Assembly: GCA_043228905.1 (NCBI GenBank)
Contig: JBHGNT010000008.1
Span: 17,298,001-17,362,000 of the forward strand
Origin: Azolla caroliniana
Taxonomy: Eukaryota; Plantae; Polypodiophyta
Reading direction: 5' to 3'
DNA: 64,000 bases
Below the pieces are notes generated by a model, which was given only the letters and a program-made list of their open reading frames with translations, did no database searches and was not told the DNA's origin. Below are positions 1 through 13,431 of this stretch, in pieces (position 1 is the stretch's first letter; each line of letters opens with the position of its first letter). The position numbers and the translations under genes were made by a program.

Positions 1-249
1 ATGCTTGAAGCTTTTGGCATCCTTTCTGGAGGTATTTAAAGTCTGATGACATGGCAATGGTTTGTTGAAAGTCAATAGTTTCCATAATGCAATTTACAAT
101 GGATAGCTAATATTTATCAATGGAAATACGTTTTAAAGAGAATACATTCTATTGTACATTCAATATTATTTAAAGATCATAAACTATACGGAGAGTATAT
201 CCTGTAAATTGTATATTGTAAAGAAAATCCACTCTGTCAATTCTTACAG

Positions 250-936
250 GCATGTTGTGTTGACACCGGAAGTCACGAAGTTGCTTCCCAAGGATCGGTT
301 ACTGTCAGAGGTATGCTTTTTACTGTAACTTCTCTTGTAAATAATCATATTTGTATGGATTTTAATATGTTCTTCAAAGCATTCTATTGTGTTAATATGA
401 ATTATAATATGTTGTCCAAACCTAGTGTCTTCAGTAAGTGCGACTTATTATTACTGATTTTTATACAATAACATGTGCATGTCATCCATGTGAATTGTTA
501 CAGGAGTTCAATTTTTTGTAGATGCTCCTACGCATATGTATCAATATATATTGCTCAAGCTACAATGTCTTTATAATAATTATCTTACAATGAATCCAGG
601 CAGTTTGCCAATTTTTTTCTTGTAAGCGTCACAACTAACTTATACGAATCTAAGCATTTCATTTGAAGTGGTCTTTTAAGTGTCACTAGTATTATGATCA
701 ATGTTCAGATAGTGAATCCACGATGACTCTAAACAATGTTGTGTTATATTGTTGCATGTTGAAAATAGAATGAATGGCGTGCCATTGGAGTTCAACAATC
801 ACGGGGGTGGGTTCATTATGCCATTCATAAACCTGAGCCACACATCATGTTGTTTCGGCGTCCCTTGAATTATCAACAAGCGATTACGAATGCCTCTCAG
901 CCACAACCATCTCAACCTGTTGGAATGAAAGCTTGA
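250..936 (+). CDS. CKS1: Cyclin-dependent kinase regulatory subunit CKS1, 3' part: exons 250-310 and 769-936 (first exon upstream of window)
   Basis: Exon 250-310 (cag|...gag|gt) encodes (R)[20 protein letters not shown]. Exon 769-936 (ag|AAT) encodes [37 protein letters not shown]...KA*. These match the plant CKS signature, and the GT-AG intron keeps the frame. Confidence 0.95.
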
Positions 937-2199
937 TTTCTGTGATAGATTTGCTTGTTTGCTATCATCCCCATCCATTCCTTCTCACACAGCATTTGAG
1001 GCTTTGGGATTTGTAGTGCTTTTGTGCAAAGATAGGTGAGGTATTTGTTTTTTTTCCTTTTTACTCTCTTGTGAATGTAGATCACTTATCTACTTATTTA
1101 GTTTGATCTTGCTTTGTTTGTCTAGACAAAATTATATATCATTTTCTCAATTCATAACTCACTTATGTGAATGCGATTTGGATTCCTTCGAAGTGGTAGT
1201 GGTAGTTAATGGATGAAGGCCATCTAGATGCCATGGACATTATTTTGTACGCAATGGCTGGATTCTAACGTTTAGTTCTCCAAAAGATAATGTTATATGG
1301 AAAATGTGATAGTAAGTATATTGGAAAAATGCTTTTCATGGTTTAACTCGTATGAGAACATGCAAACAGACCATTCCTCATTAATGTAGAGAGACAATAT
1401 GATTTTGTTATTGTCTTGATCCATCTAACAAGATCATAGTATTATAAATTTTGGAAATTGATGATACTTTTCCCTAGAAAATATGGCGTTTTAAATTCTG
1501 TCACAGACTCACAACCCAAAGATTGGAGCAATAGAGGGGATGATTTTGTTATTTTCCTGATCCATCATACAAGAACATGGTACCTAAGCCGATTATTGAG
1601 GAGGTTCATTAAAATATTTGTTGAAAAAGCACGACCTTTTTATGACCTATTTAAACTCTTCAAAACTGCATTTACGACCTATTTAAACAACCATCTTTCC
1701 ATCCCTTACGTGGTAGGAGTTTGCAAAGCTTTGGCTCAAGCTTGAATCGAACACTAAAATGGTTAAACAGTCTTGTGGTTAAAGAGTTCTAGTGTGGGAC
1801 AAAAAATGTTATGGGGAGTAGCATGTTTATAAATGAAATGGTTGTGTTGAGACTAGTTTCATTATCATCCAAGTCTCTTGAAAAGGAGCAAAGGGTGAAA
1901 GTTTGTTGTGAGTACTTCTCATGATCTTGATGTAAATGGTGTCTTGAGTCTTCACTAGGTGGGGTAACTTAGGTTCCCTTATCTTCTTAATTGCTTTTGC
2001 ATGACAAGTGACTTCAAAGCTTGGTATTTGAGAGAGCAAGAAATAAAGATAATATCGTTTTTGAAGATTGAGAGAAGTATAGAGAGTGAGAGAAAGAAGA
2101 GAGAAAGCCAGAGGAGACAAGAGAGTAAAAGAGAGGTGTCATCATGTCTCTCATGTCCCAAAATTTGGACAAATTACACAACTTGTAATGCATGAATTA

Positions 2200-2790
2200 G
2201 AACTACATTTATTTGAATAGTGGAGATGTAATTTATTTACCAGCTCAAATGCATTGTCAAGATTCTTAGGAAGTCTTCCAAGTGTGTTCATTAGGTGTAT
2301 ACCCTGACCAATCCACTAGATAATGAAACTTGTTATGTACAATCTTGGAGTTCACGACTATTTGAACTTCAAAATTTGGGCAAACAACAAGTTGAAATGG
2401 AGGTGGGGGTGTAACAAACTGATTCAAAATGAAACTACCAACAATGAGACACAAAATATTCCGTGTAGATGTGACATCATTAATGTGATCAGAGGTGACG
2501 AATGGAGTGAACTATTGATATTCCAACTTGTCTCAAGGTGTAATGGTCTTCACATTCCTTTGTGATGACCACACAAGATCCCCATCTTGACACTTTGGTT
2601 CCTCTGATGAGGAGTCGAGACAATGGTGATTTGTGGCCTTCATGTGTGTGGCTTGACCATCATGCAAATGGTGAGAAAATGCGACATGAATTTTGTGGAG
2701 TTGATGTAGATGATCCTCAACAATAGGAATCTTCGGGATTTCTGAACATTCAATCATTGTCCAATGTGGATGATATCCTATATTAGATAG
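2200..2790 (-). mobile_element. Degenerate Ty3/gypsy chromovirus fragment (integrase C-terminus plus chromodomain)
   Basis: ORF 2266-2454 reads PPPP...FEVQIVVNSKIVHNKFHYLVDWSGYTPNEHTW, a chromodomain pattern. The upstream broken frames resemble the integrase tail. Confidence 0.7.
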
Positions 2791-5199
2791 AAAAAGAGAA
2801 AGATAGAGATAGAAAGAGACAAAGAGAGGGAGAGAGAGAAAGAAAAACAGAAAATCACATATTTAAGAAAGAAAAAGATAGACAGATATTTTTAGTGTCC
2901 ATAGAGAAGCCAATATTGACCCATGGGACTTTCATAAAAAGTTTTGTTGATGTGTATCTCCATACTAAGACGGGATATTCATACTTCGAGGCACCAAGTC
3001 TTCATGTGTGAATAAGGCCTACACATATATGAGGTCAACCTTCTAAGTGTTCTCTTTGGTGTGACACTAGTCATCACCCCCTCTTAATATATCATGGTAG
3101 CTTTTACGTATTGCACTATATGTAAAGCATGTAAAAAACAAGTGATACTCATCCTCTACTAGCCCTTGCATACCTTCCTTGCCTTTTAAATTTGGGCGAT
3201 TTTGATGCCATAATGCAACTTAAATACCTAGTTTATGTGATCGAGTGCCAAGGAATGTTAGGGCTCTATGAGAGTTAATACTCACGTTAGTAATGAGGTA
3301 AGGTTGAATATGATTAATATGACTTCTTGCATGCTATAAAACTTAACATTCAAAGATTGATGTTTGCAATGTAATATTCTATTTTTTTCCTTTTAGCATC
3401 TTTCCACTTTTCCCTTAGTGGTTCCATTAATCTTTTATTAATAACTATGTACATATTTAATAGCATCACTGGAAAGTTCTATGGGATCTTTTACATCCCA
3501 TCTTTTGAACCATTTTTTGATGTCTACTACTCTAACCAAATGAGAGAATCTTGCTCTTGTGATTCTCTTGTAGGTTACATCAAACATTCCAAGCAAGATG
3601 TGCTAATCTATGATTTGGCATATTCTTTACTTTTGTAAATTATGTATCTATATACTCTCTGTAGTGCCAATATCTCTATAGGTTGAACACTTGTTTTGAA
3701 GAGCATAACTTGATAGGAGGTTGTCGATTTAACTCTTAATTGTCTCCAAGAAAACATATTTTGAATATTCTCAATCTTATTCCAAGCATTAAGTGAGAGA
3801 GTTCCTCCCCACACCGTCACCTTAAAGCGAAACTTCCCATCCATGAGTATCACTCCGGTTGCATTGATTTTCCAACATCTAAAACTTTTCCAACCAGGTT
3901 GAAGTCTAGACTCAAATCATACGCTCCATTTATTTTTGGCTTTGTACAAATTGTACATCTTCTCCCTTATATATAAACATAGGGTATAAGTGAGGCTAGG
4001 TGGTTCACACTACATGTAGGATATGGTGTTCTTTATGTATGCGGAAGTATGTGAGGACTTGTCGGTTATGTGTAGTAGACAACACAAATAGTATGATAGA
4101 GAAAACGGTAGATAGACAAGCTCTAAGCTTTAATGGAAGCTTTTGTTATTTTTGTTCTCTCTCTCTCTCTCTACAAGACTCAAGATACAAGAAGTGATCA
4201 AGCAACACATATTACAACGTTAGGTTAGGGCTTATATACTCAAGCCCTAACTATTGGATGTGTTCAAACTAGTAAGGATACAAAGTAGAAGGAGTCAGCC
4301 TTTTATGCCAACAAACACCCCCGTAAAAGGACCGCTGTCACTTGTATGGGGTTATCTCCCCGATAAACATAGATTGCAATTTTAATCTAACGCTATAGTT
4401 ACAAGTTAGTCGACATCTAGCCGAGACAACAGGGATAATGTTGGTATTCTGCCTAACCTCCTACTCTGTGTTCATCTTTCTTCTGCTCGATCTCTTGTCG
4501 TAGTCCCATCTTTGTCCTTAGAGCATCAAAGCGTTGATCTGGGAGTAACTTTGTCAGACAATCGACGACGATGTTCACCTCGGTGTCGATCTTCTGGACT
4601 TCGAGCTTCTTCTCTGTTACAAGTTCCCGTATATGATGATACTACACCTCAATATGCTTTGTCTTCGCATGATAGACAAGATTATTGATGAGGTGTATTG
4701 CGCTCTGTGAGTCGCAATAGATGGTCAATTCAACTTGTTGTTGAGAAGTCGGCTGACATTTGGTTCAACCAGATTGCTTCCTTCGGAGCCTCTGATGTTG
4801 CTATGTACTCGACTTCTACGGTGGATAGAGCCATGCACTCTTGAAGCTTTGACCTCCATGATATAGCACCGTCACCGTAGGTGAAGATGTAACCTGATGT
4901 CGACTTCCGATTGTCTGAGTTCTCGACATAGTCGGAGTCGGTGTAGCCTTTGACTTCGGTCGGATTTGTTGATCCGAAAGTTAGCTCTGTATCTTCAGTC
5001 CCTCTTAGGTACCTGAAGATGTGCTTGATGGCCCCATAATGATTCCGTCCTAGGTTTGACATGTATCGGTTGACGACCCCTACAACATAGGGTAGGTCGT
5101 TTTGAGTCGCCACCATCGCGTACATGATACTTCTTACGGCCGATGCATAGGGTATCTTTCCATTAAGCTCTTTCTCCTTGTCCGTCGAAGGAGTGTCTC

Positions 5200-5680
5200 T
5201 GTCTGATAGTCGGATTGACCTCGGAAGCGGTGTTGGTGTTGGGATGTAGTCGAAGCACTTCATATTGAAGCACTTCAACACTTTGCAGATGTAGTCGAAC
5301 TAGGAGTCAGAGAGTCTTTGTCTTCCGATTTCGCTCTATCCTCATGCCGAGTATATGTCAGTGTCTCTGTACGATAGTCAGATCGATGTCGGAAGCGGTG
5401 TTGGTGTTGGGATGTAGTCGAAGCACTTCAACACTTTGCGGATGTAGTCGAACTAGGAGTCGGAGAGTCTTTGTCTTCCGATTTCGCTCTATCCTCATGC
5501 CGAGTATATGTCAGTGTCTCTTTCTGATAGTCGGATCGACGTCGGAAATGGTGTTGGTGTTGGCTTCATGTTCTCCATATTGAAGCACTTCAATACTTTG
5601 TGGATGTAGTCGAACTGGGAGTCAGAGAGTCTTTGTCTTCCGATTTTGCTCTATCCTCATGTTGAGTATATGTTGAGCTT
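5200..5680. repeat. About 3 imperfect tandem copies of a 160-180 bp piece of copia RT
   Basis: GATGTAGTCGAACTRGGAGTCRGAGAGTCTTTGTCTTCCGATTT recurs at about 5288, 5441 and 5603. Confidence 0.85.
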
Positions 5681-7813
5681 GTCCAAGTTCCGTCATCGCA
5701 AATTTGTTTTGAAGACCCCGCTTTAGCTTTCCGATTTCAGTTTGATTGCTCCCTGCAATTAGCATGTCGTCAACGTATAGGATCAGATAGATCCGAGACT
5801 CGTCGGTCAGTTGCCGAACATATAGACATGGGTCGGACTCGGACCGACTGTAGTCGAGATGTCAGATGTAGGAGTCAAACTTCTGGTACCACATCCTCGA
5901 CACTTGTTTTAAGCCATAAAGGCTTTTCTTTAGTTGACATACGAGGTGACCTTCCTCCCCCGTCGCCGTGAAGCCTATCGGGGCACGAATGCTATCTTTG
6001 TCCAGTTGTCCAATTGAGATCAAGGGACTTGAGAGCTCAGGTATATGTCAGACATTGTATAGTACCAATGTAGAGCCACCCAGAAGGTTGAGCTCTACTG
6101 TGCTGATTCCAATAATCGCGTAGTGTTGCGAATTTTCGACTCGAACTGAGTCGGAGTGTCGGGCTAAGTATTGCCGAAATTGGGATCGATGAGGGGTCAT
6201 ATGAAAGGACGCACTTGAATCCAAGAGCCATGTGCTCGATTCCTCAATCGTATTAAGCAGAATTTTTGATTCAACTGGGTTTTCAATGGATAGAATGTTT
6301 GGGTCGTTCGATAATATTTCGGGTGAAGAGCCGACGTAGTTGACCTCCTCATGCCGGTCACTCTTCGCATCCGCTCGCTGAGCATTATCTTTTTTGGCCT
6401 TGAGTGCAGGACAATTGGGTTTGATGTGTCCGGGACTTGCTTTGACTTCGTTGGTCGTTCGGCTGCCGTGAAGAACCTCTTCCTCGGTTGTTCGATCAGT
6501 CGGTCGAACCTTGTACTACATACGCGTTATTGGCCAAATCGTTTGCAAATGATTTCCTTTGAGCTTCTTGAGTCAAAATTGCGCTCGTGATTGAGGAGTA
6601 TTTAACGACCGTAGTCGATGCATTGCACACGGTTGTGACGAAAGTTTCCCACGAAGGGGGGAGACTACTCATAAGAAACATTGCTCTTAGTTCATCCTCG
6701 ATAGTTGTCCGCTAAGGCAAAATTTGGGAGCTCAAACTTTTGTACTCGTTGAGGTGTTCCTGGGCCGAATCTTAAATCAGATTCTTTCATCCGAAGGTTA
6801 TAGAGGCGCCATATCAAATATATCTTCGTGGTGGCGACCTTCTTTTCGTAAGTGTCCGAAAGTGTCTTCCATAGTTGGAAGACAGTCGGACACGATTGCA
6901 TCGTAAAGTACATGGACTCTGATTGGTGCATTCGAATAGTGGCTCGAACAATTCTGTCGAGCTTCTCCCATTCAAGGGGCTTGTATCCTTCTGGAGTATT
7001 TTCGTTTTCGATGGGATCGATTTGCGCCTTGACTATTAAATAGTCTTGCATCTGCTCCTTCTAGAAGTTGAAGTTCGATTCGTCAAACTTCCTTAGGCTC
7101 ATCTCTGACGAGCCGGATGTTGATGCCATCTGTGTCGAATTTGTCAGGCTTTGTTCAGGGTTGGCTACGAACAATGGTTGGGTGCAGTAGACTGGCTCAC
7201 CCAAAATCGTTCTAACCGAGTTTGAACACACGCTGAATCTGATTCGAAATTCGGGAGACTTGATCTGAAGTGACTACGTCTGACTAGCCTAGTCGAGTTG
7301 GACTCAAGTATGTCAATTCGATTTCGAATGTTGATTTTCGAGATTTCTGAACATAGAGTATGTGCCGATTATCCAAGCTGATCCTGCTTCAGGTGACTAC
7401 GACAATGAGAAGAACATATTCAACAAATCTTTCCGAATGTTGTCTAGCCGAGTGAAGCACAGAAGGGGGTTGTTCCTGGAGCGATTACGAGTGATTATGA
7501 CGAGCGATTGTCTAGCGTCAGGTGACCTACTCGATTCTTGTCTAATCCAATGTAGTACGGCTAAGGCAAAGCTTGTGAAGCAAAATCTCACTCCGAGCGG
7601 CTACAATCACAGGAGTGAAGTGCAGTCAATTGGCTCACTTCAATGGTGATTTAGAACAATGGAGTGCATATTTTGCCGGTGTTTCTCTTCGCAAAAAACG
7701 ATCTTGTAGAGGGTTGCCAACCGAGATCTTCACGGTGTACAAAAGAATAGTTGCTGATGGAGGCAAAGTAGACGACAACAACAGAATCGAGAGAACCTTG
7801 CTCTGATACTAGA

Positions 7814-8152
7814 TGTTGAGAACGCAGCCGTATAAGTGCAAAACAAACTCAATACTCTTCCGTAAGGAGATCGCTAATAGATGCAATGAAGAAGATTGAT
7901 GGAAACTAGAGACAAAATCAAGCAACAAGATCAATCAATAACGCAAGAGAGAGAGAGAGAGAGAGACGATTGGGCACAAGGTAAATTATATTTCAACCAC
8001 TTTCAACCAACCTGAAACTAGGTTACAAGGTCAGTTTATATACTAACTAACTTAGGGAAACTACCATTCTCACTATTTACATAAATAGCCTAAACCTAGT
8101 GTGTACAAAGGGAGACAGTGTGAATACGTCCATTAGAGACCTGCATTCAACA
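7814..8152 (-). mobile_element. Second, different copia 5' LTR nested in the outer element, with its own PBS
   Basis: Termini TGTTGA...TCAACA. An adjacent PBS-like GCTCTGATACTA (7800-7811) precedes a second gag start MASTSGSSEMSLRKFD near 7130. Confidence 0.75.
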
Positions 8153-9156
8153 CGCCCAACATCATCTCCTTTCATAGGGAAAAGTTTTGCTGTTGAACTT
8201 TCAGATCTCAACTCCTGTACCGGATGTTGAAGCCATGTTCTTTATGGAAGTAAGATTCACTAACCTGGTCTTTTCTTCTTCAGCTTTTTCTATTGTTTGT
8301 TGCCGTCGAACAACAAGTCGCTCTGATACCAATTGTAGGATATGGTGTTCTTTATGTACGCGGAAGTATGTGAGAACCTATTGGTTATGCACAACAGACA
8401 ACACAGATAGTATGACAGAGAAAACGGTAGATAGACAAGCTCTAAGCTTTAATGGAAGCTTTTGTTATTTCTGTTCTCTCTCTCTCTATAAAACTCAAGA
8501 TACAAGAAGTGATCAAGCAACACATATTACAACATTAGGTTAGGGCTTATATAGTCAAGCCCTAACTATTGGACGTGTTTACACTAGTAAGGATACAAAG
8601 TAGGAGTCGGCCTTTTATGCCAACACTACCATCATTTTTGTTTTATCCACATTTACAATTGTTTTACTACGTTTTAGTTGAATAATTCTTTTATCGATTA
8701 GTCGATGAGAAGACTAGTCAAAGAAAGGTGTCAACGAAGGGAGGTGTAAGTCAAAAAAATCAAAGATGACGAAGGTTAGAGACACATAATGAGGAGTAAA
8801 CGCTCATAGAACACAGAATCATGGGGTTTTGCTTAAGTGAACTAAACCGTCGTGGGCACTTAAACAAGAGATTAGACATGTGATTAACACAACGAGCACA
8901 AGTTTAGAACAAAATTTCTATATTTAGATTAAACAAAAATCATTTTAAAAAATAGAGGTCTACAAGTTATGAGGGGGGGAAGGGGCAACCTCAAGTTAAC
9001 CACGAGTGAGAGATAGTTAGAGATATAAAATGATGGGAGTGAAGCTTCTAGTGTAGGCAAGTCCAGTGGGTCGCCGAAATCACAACTACCTTTGATGGCT
9101 ATGATCCCTTAAATCGGGGTAGAGTTCTTGTGCCACTCCGTCCTCCCACGAATAAC

Positions 9157-9742
9157 TGTTGAGAATCAAGCTCAACCTAGTCTAGTGTGTGAACATACCC
9201 TTGAAAGTGTATGAACACTCAAAGGTCAAAATTCACCACTACTTTTGTAGCATTAAATATGTGTCATAGAATCATATTCTATGACACATAACTAATGAGT
9301 TTCCACATTCCCCATGACCCATTAGCTTCTGTAGTTAATGAAGAGAGAGGGTGACTATATAAAGCACCCTCCTCCTACTTTGTGACATGTCGGTTAATCT
9401 CCTTTGTAATATACATCTTCTTGAGTATTCTATTTTTTTCATACTATCTATCTTGTGTCTTTCTCCTCTCCTCTTCTCAAACACACACACACACACAACA
9501 CATTCCCCATGACCCATTAGCTTCTGTAGTTAATGAAGAGAGAGGGTGACTATATAAAGCACCCTCCTCCTACTTTGTGACATGTCGGTTAATCTCCTTT
9601 GTAATATACATCTTCTTGAGTATTCTATTTTTTTCATACTATCTATCTTGTGTCTTTCTCCTCTCCTCTTCTCAAACACACACACACACACAACACATCT
9701 CTAACCTATACCATTGCACAGAATCACCATCAATTCTTTACA
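9157..9742. mobile_element. Solo LTR with an internal 195-bp tandem duplication
   Basis: TG...CA ends, TSD ATAAC/ATGAC, homologous to 10991-11385. The block starting ACATTCCCCATGACCC is repeated at 9305 and 9500. Confidence 0.8.
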
Positions 9743-10990
9743 ATGACCGATGTGCTAGCTTGCCGCCTCCTCGTTGCTCCACTCAAGTGACGAAACCCTA
9801 GAAAAAAGGAGTCGAAGAAGAAAACAAAATTGAAGAGGGCCCCATGCAACACGAAGAAAACTCCACACGAACTCAAAGCTTAGGAGACTCCACGAGAGCT
9901 CAAATAAGACCCCAATTCAAAAGAGACTCCACGAAGCTCAAAGGAGACTCCCCTAGATGAACTTGAAGGAGACTCAATGTGAGCTCGGAGAAGACAAAGA
10001 TGAACACTCCCAAGCTCACAAAAAAAATGCCAAAGAAGACCAACAAAACAAAGAATGAACCAAGAAGAAAGAAAAACCAAGAAAGAAGACCCAAAATAAA
10101 CCCTCCCCCCCCATGTCTGAAGAGGGATCCGCCTCATTTGCATTCAATGCAAATGTCCATTTCCCCCATATAAAAGCAAATGTCCAATTCTCTCATATAA
10201 AATGTCCCTTTTAATGCAGCCGCTCTAGTAGAGAATCAAACTCTGCACCTCCTACACACATTAAAAGGCTTTAACTAGTACCATTCACTCGTATTAATTT
10301 TTTAAATAATTTTATATTTGCATATTGTGGCTCCCCTTTCTTGCTCATTTTCCCACATGCTACACATTCTCCCTCTTTTACATTTTCACAGATGCCTTCA
10401 CTCCATTCTTTATCCTCTTTCTAGCCACTTTCCCACCTTCGGCCCCGCCATATCACGACAATGCAAGAATGTAATAGACAAATTCCATCTATAACAAAAG
10501 GTTCTTCTACAACCTACCTACCTCCCTTGCCTTCACTAACCAGATACTGCAAAGAAAAGGACGACAATCGCCATGGTTAAGATCAATGGTTGGAGGTTAT
10601 GGTTTATGTGGAGGTTTAGATTTTCCAATGTAAAGTTTTCTTTATTCTTGTTTGTTCTTTACGGTAGATGGTAAAGTGAATTAATGTTTTGCTTAACGGT
10701 TGAGTGTGCTCTATGTTTATGAATGTGTATGGTGTGCAACATGACATATAGGGTTTGAACTTTGGAGTTTGACATGCATGGAACACCATCATTTATGTTG
10801 CACCCAACAAATTGCCAAACCTTATTCAAAGGTTTTGCACATGTAGATTGACCCGGAAGCACTTCTGTTTTTCATGATGTGGGGATTATCTCAGGACCAC
10901 GTTAATCCTCCTAAATCATGAAGTGTTTCATATCTTATCACTTGGCTTAGGGATTGCTTAGATTCTTATAAATTGGCTAAGGTTTTTTTG

Positions 10991-11385
10991 TGTGAGAATC
11001 AAACTCAACTTAAGTCTAGTGTGTGAACACACCTTTTTGAGAATGTATACATACTGAAAGGTCAAAGGTCACCATGACTTTTAAACTAATGAGTTTCCAC
11101 ATTCCCCATGACACATGAGCTTCTATAGTTGCTAGAGAGTGAGTGAGTGGTATAGTGAGAGGGTGACCTTATATAAAGCACCCTCCTCCTACTTTGTAAC
11201 GGTCTGTTAATCTTCCATGTAATGTTATTATCTTTGTACTTGCTATTCTCTACTCCTTGTCAATATACATATTGATTATTCTATTTTCCGATCTATCTTG
11301 TGTCTCTCCTCACTCCTCTTTCACACACACATAACACACATCTCTAATCTATTCCGTTGCATAGAATCACACTTGATTCTTTACA
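10991..11385. mobile_element. Solo LTR, same family as 9157-9742
   Basis: TGTGAGAATC...TTCTTTACA with a perfect TSD TTTTG. The paralogous segment near 24020-24060 lacks it. Confidence 0.88.
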
Positions 11386-11640
11386 TTTTGTTTAGTTTTC
11401 CATGGTAATCTAAAAACATTTTTTGGGTTCATGAGTTGTCAAAAGTATCCTCCAGAAAATGGTGTTGAGTGGTAGTTGGACATAAAGGAAAGCCTCTCGA
11501 GGGTTATTGAGAAATGTATTTCTACGAAACAATCAATAAGAATACGGTGTGTGGGTGAAAAAGAGGAATCATATTTTATACATCCCACATAAAAAACTAA
11601 GGTTTAGGGTTGAAGACATTAGCTGCTATATAGTTTTATT

Positions 11641-11770
11641 GGGATGGTGTGAGTTGAGCATAGAGCAAACTATTCTTTTGCCTTAAATTACTAAAGAATA
11701 TCATGTGCTCATCTTTTTATAAATGCCCTAACCCTAATTTTTGGGATGGAGGCTTTGAATTGAGCCTCCC
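11641..11770 (+). pseudogene. U5: U5 snRNA pseudogene or variant (copy 1)
   Basis: Aligns to the other copies, with Sm site AATTTTTGG and 3' hairpin present. Loop 1 is disrupted (GCCTTAAATTAC). USE at 11582 is retained but the TATA is lost. Confidence 0.85.
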
Positions 11771-13304
11771 ATTATAAATGATGTAGAGAAAAAGTCAAAA
11801 GCTTATGTTTCATTTGGAGGATGTTGGATTATGGAAAGCTTCAGGTAATCCTTATTGAAATATTGGATATTCAAATTCAATGGTATGGGCACTGCGGTCT
11901 TAATCAAACACCTTGCATGCAACGTTCATATATGATAATGTTATGGATTGAACTATAAGTTCAATAGTATCCACGAAAGAAGTAAAATTTTGTATGTGCT
12001 CATGATGGATTGAATTGGTCATGGTGATTACTTGTGGCATAATGGATGTAGTAGAAGTAGTAGATTGGTGAGGCATGTATAAGGCAAGTTAATGTGCAAA
12101 GTGGGCTTTCGGGGTTTGAGAATTTGCAATTTGGCATGCATACTTCATATCCACATAAGATTAGTAGTGTAATGCTCAACCAAGAGCAAAGGAGATTGTA
12201 ATGGAAATAGTGATTCTCCATTGCTAAGCCTTAATCATAGCTTTTAGACATGATAGTCTAGATTGATATGCAAGGCTTTATGTTTCTCATGAAGTTGGGA
12301 TTACCTTGAAATTGTTATTTTATCCAATCAAAACTTGATCACTCATCAAGTTCAGACACCACACTAATGTGATGAATGGGCAAAAACTCATGGACACATG
12401 TTTTCAACATTGTTATACTCAAAGTCTAAAAGGATTAAATAACCCGTTTAGCTTATTTCTTGCCATTGATATATATATTCGGGAAATAGATGCTCTGGTA
12501 TTCAATGCAAATGTTTAGTCATACCATCTGTTTAAGGATGACTAATTTTTTGAATGAAAGTAGATGTTGTCTAAATGCATAAATAACCATGAGAACACAA
12601 GGCTAATATATCCTTTACTCATAAACAATCTCTTCTTTAGAACTAAAAAAAATGATCCACAAAAATACATCTTGAGTCGAGAGTACTACTTGTACTTTTT
12701 GCAACAATCAACTACATTGATTTTGTTAAGTTTATCTGTTATGCACAAACTATGCCTTAGCATAAGGTATTAAATTAAAATCATAATGTTGATTGAGGTT
12801 TTGTATTGAGTGTTTTTTCTACAACGAATTGATTGAGAGAACAAAGCTTGGATTAGATCAATAGTCCATTGGTGCACATAACTTTTGACAACAAAAATAC
12901 AACCCTCAACTTCCTATTATACATACGCATGATGACGCAAAATGAAGTACTTAATGAGATTTCTGTCAATGTCTTCATTCAACCCATATGCGCCTTTTAG
13001 CAATAAACATCAAACCTTGTCTACTAATGACATCGTGAAACATAAAAAGAGACTAAGTTGTTCAACACCCATTCAATGGTACCATGTGATTAAAACATCA
13101 TTAATTCATTTTTTGACCATCCAAAGTGTAGTATATATGCCACAGAATAAAGTGAGACGAAGTTGCGTATAATAAGATGCGAGTCATTTTAAAATGATTT
13201 CAAATTTGTGATATTAGAGGTGTTATGGTTTATTCATCCCACATACAAAGGCCAGTTGACTTCATGGGTATAAGTTGAAGACACTTGTGTTTGTAAACAT
13301 GGAT

Positions 13305-13431
13305 GAGATGGCGTGGGTTGAGCATAGAGTGAACTATTCTTTCGCTTTTTACTAAAGAATACTGTTTGCTCCTCCTACTTCTAACGCCCTAACCCTAATT
13401 TTTGGGTGGGAGGCTTTGGTTTGAGCTTGCC
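13305..13431 (+). ncRNA. U5: U5 snRNA (copy 2, loop 1 variant GCUUUUUAC)
   Basis: GAACTATTCTTTCGCTTTTTACTAAAGAATAC core, Sm site and 3' stem-loop. USE ATCCCACATAC at 13236-13246 and TATAAG at 13269. Confidence 0.85.

Larger units (their letters stand above)
4015..8625 (-). mobile_element. Ty1/copia LTR retrotransposon, decayed and chimeric
   Basis: Near-identical LTRs at 4015-4313 and 8334-8625 (TG...CA), TSD CTACA/CTACC, and tRNA-iMet PBS (rc TGGTATCAGAGC) at 8320-8331. Gag fragments lie at 6500-7130. RT/RNaseH fragments at 4500-5960 include LYVDDM and YTDSD...RKSTSGY...ISWRSK. Integrase is absent. Confidence 0.92.
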
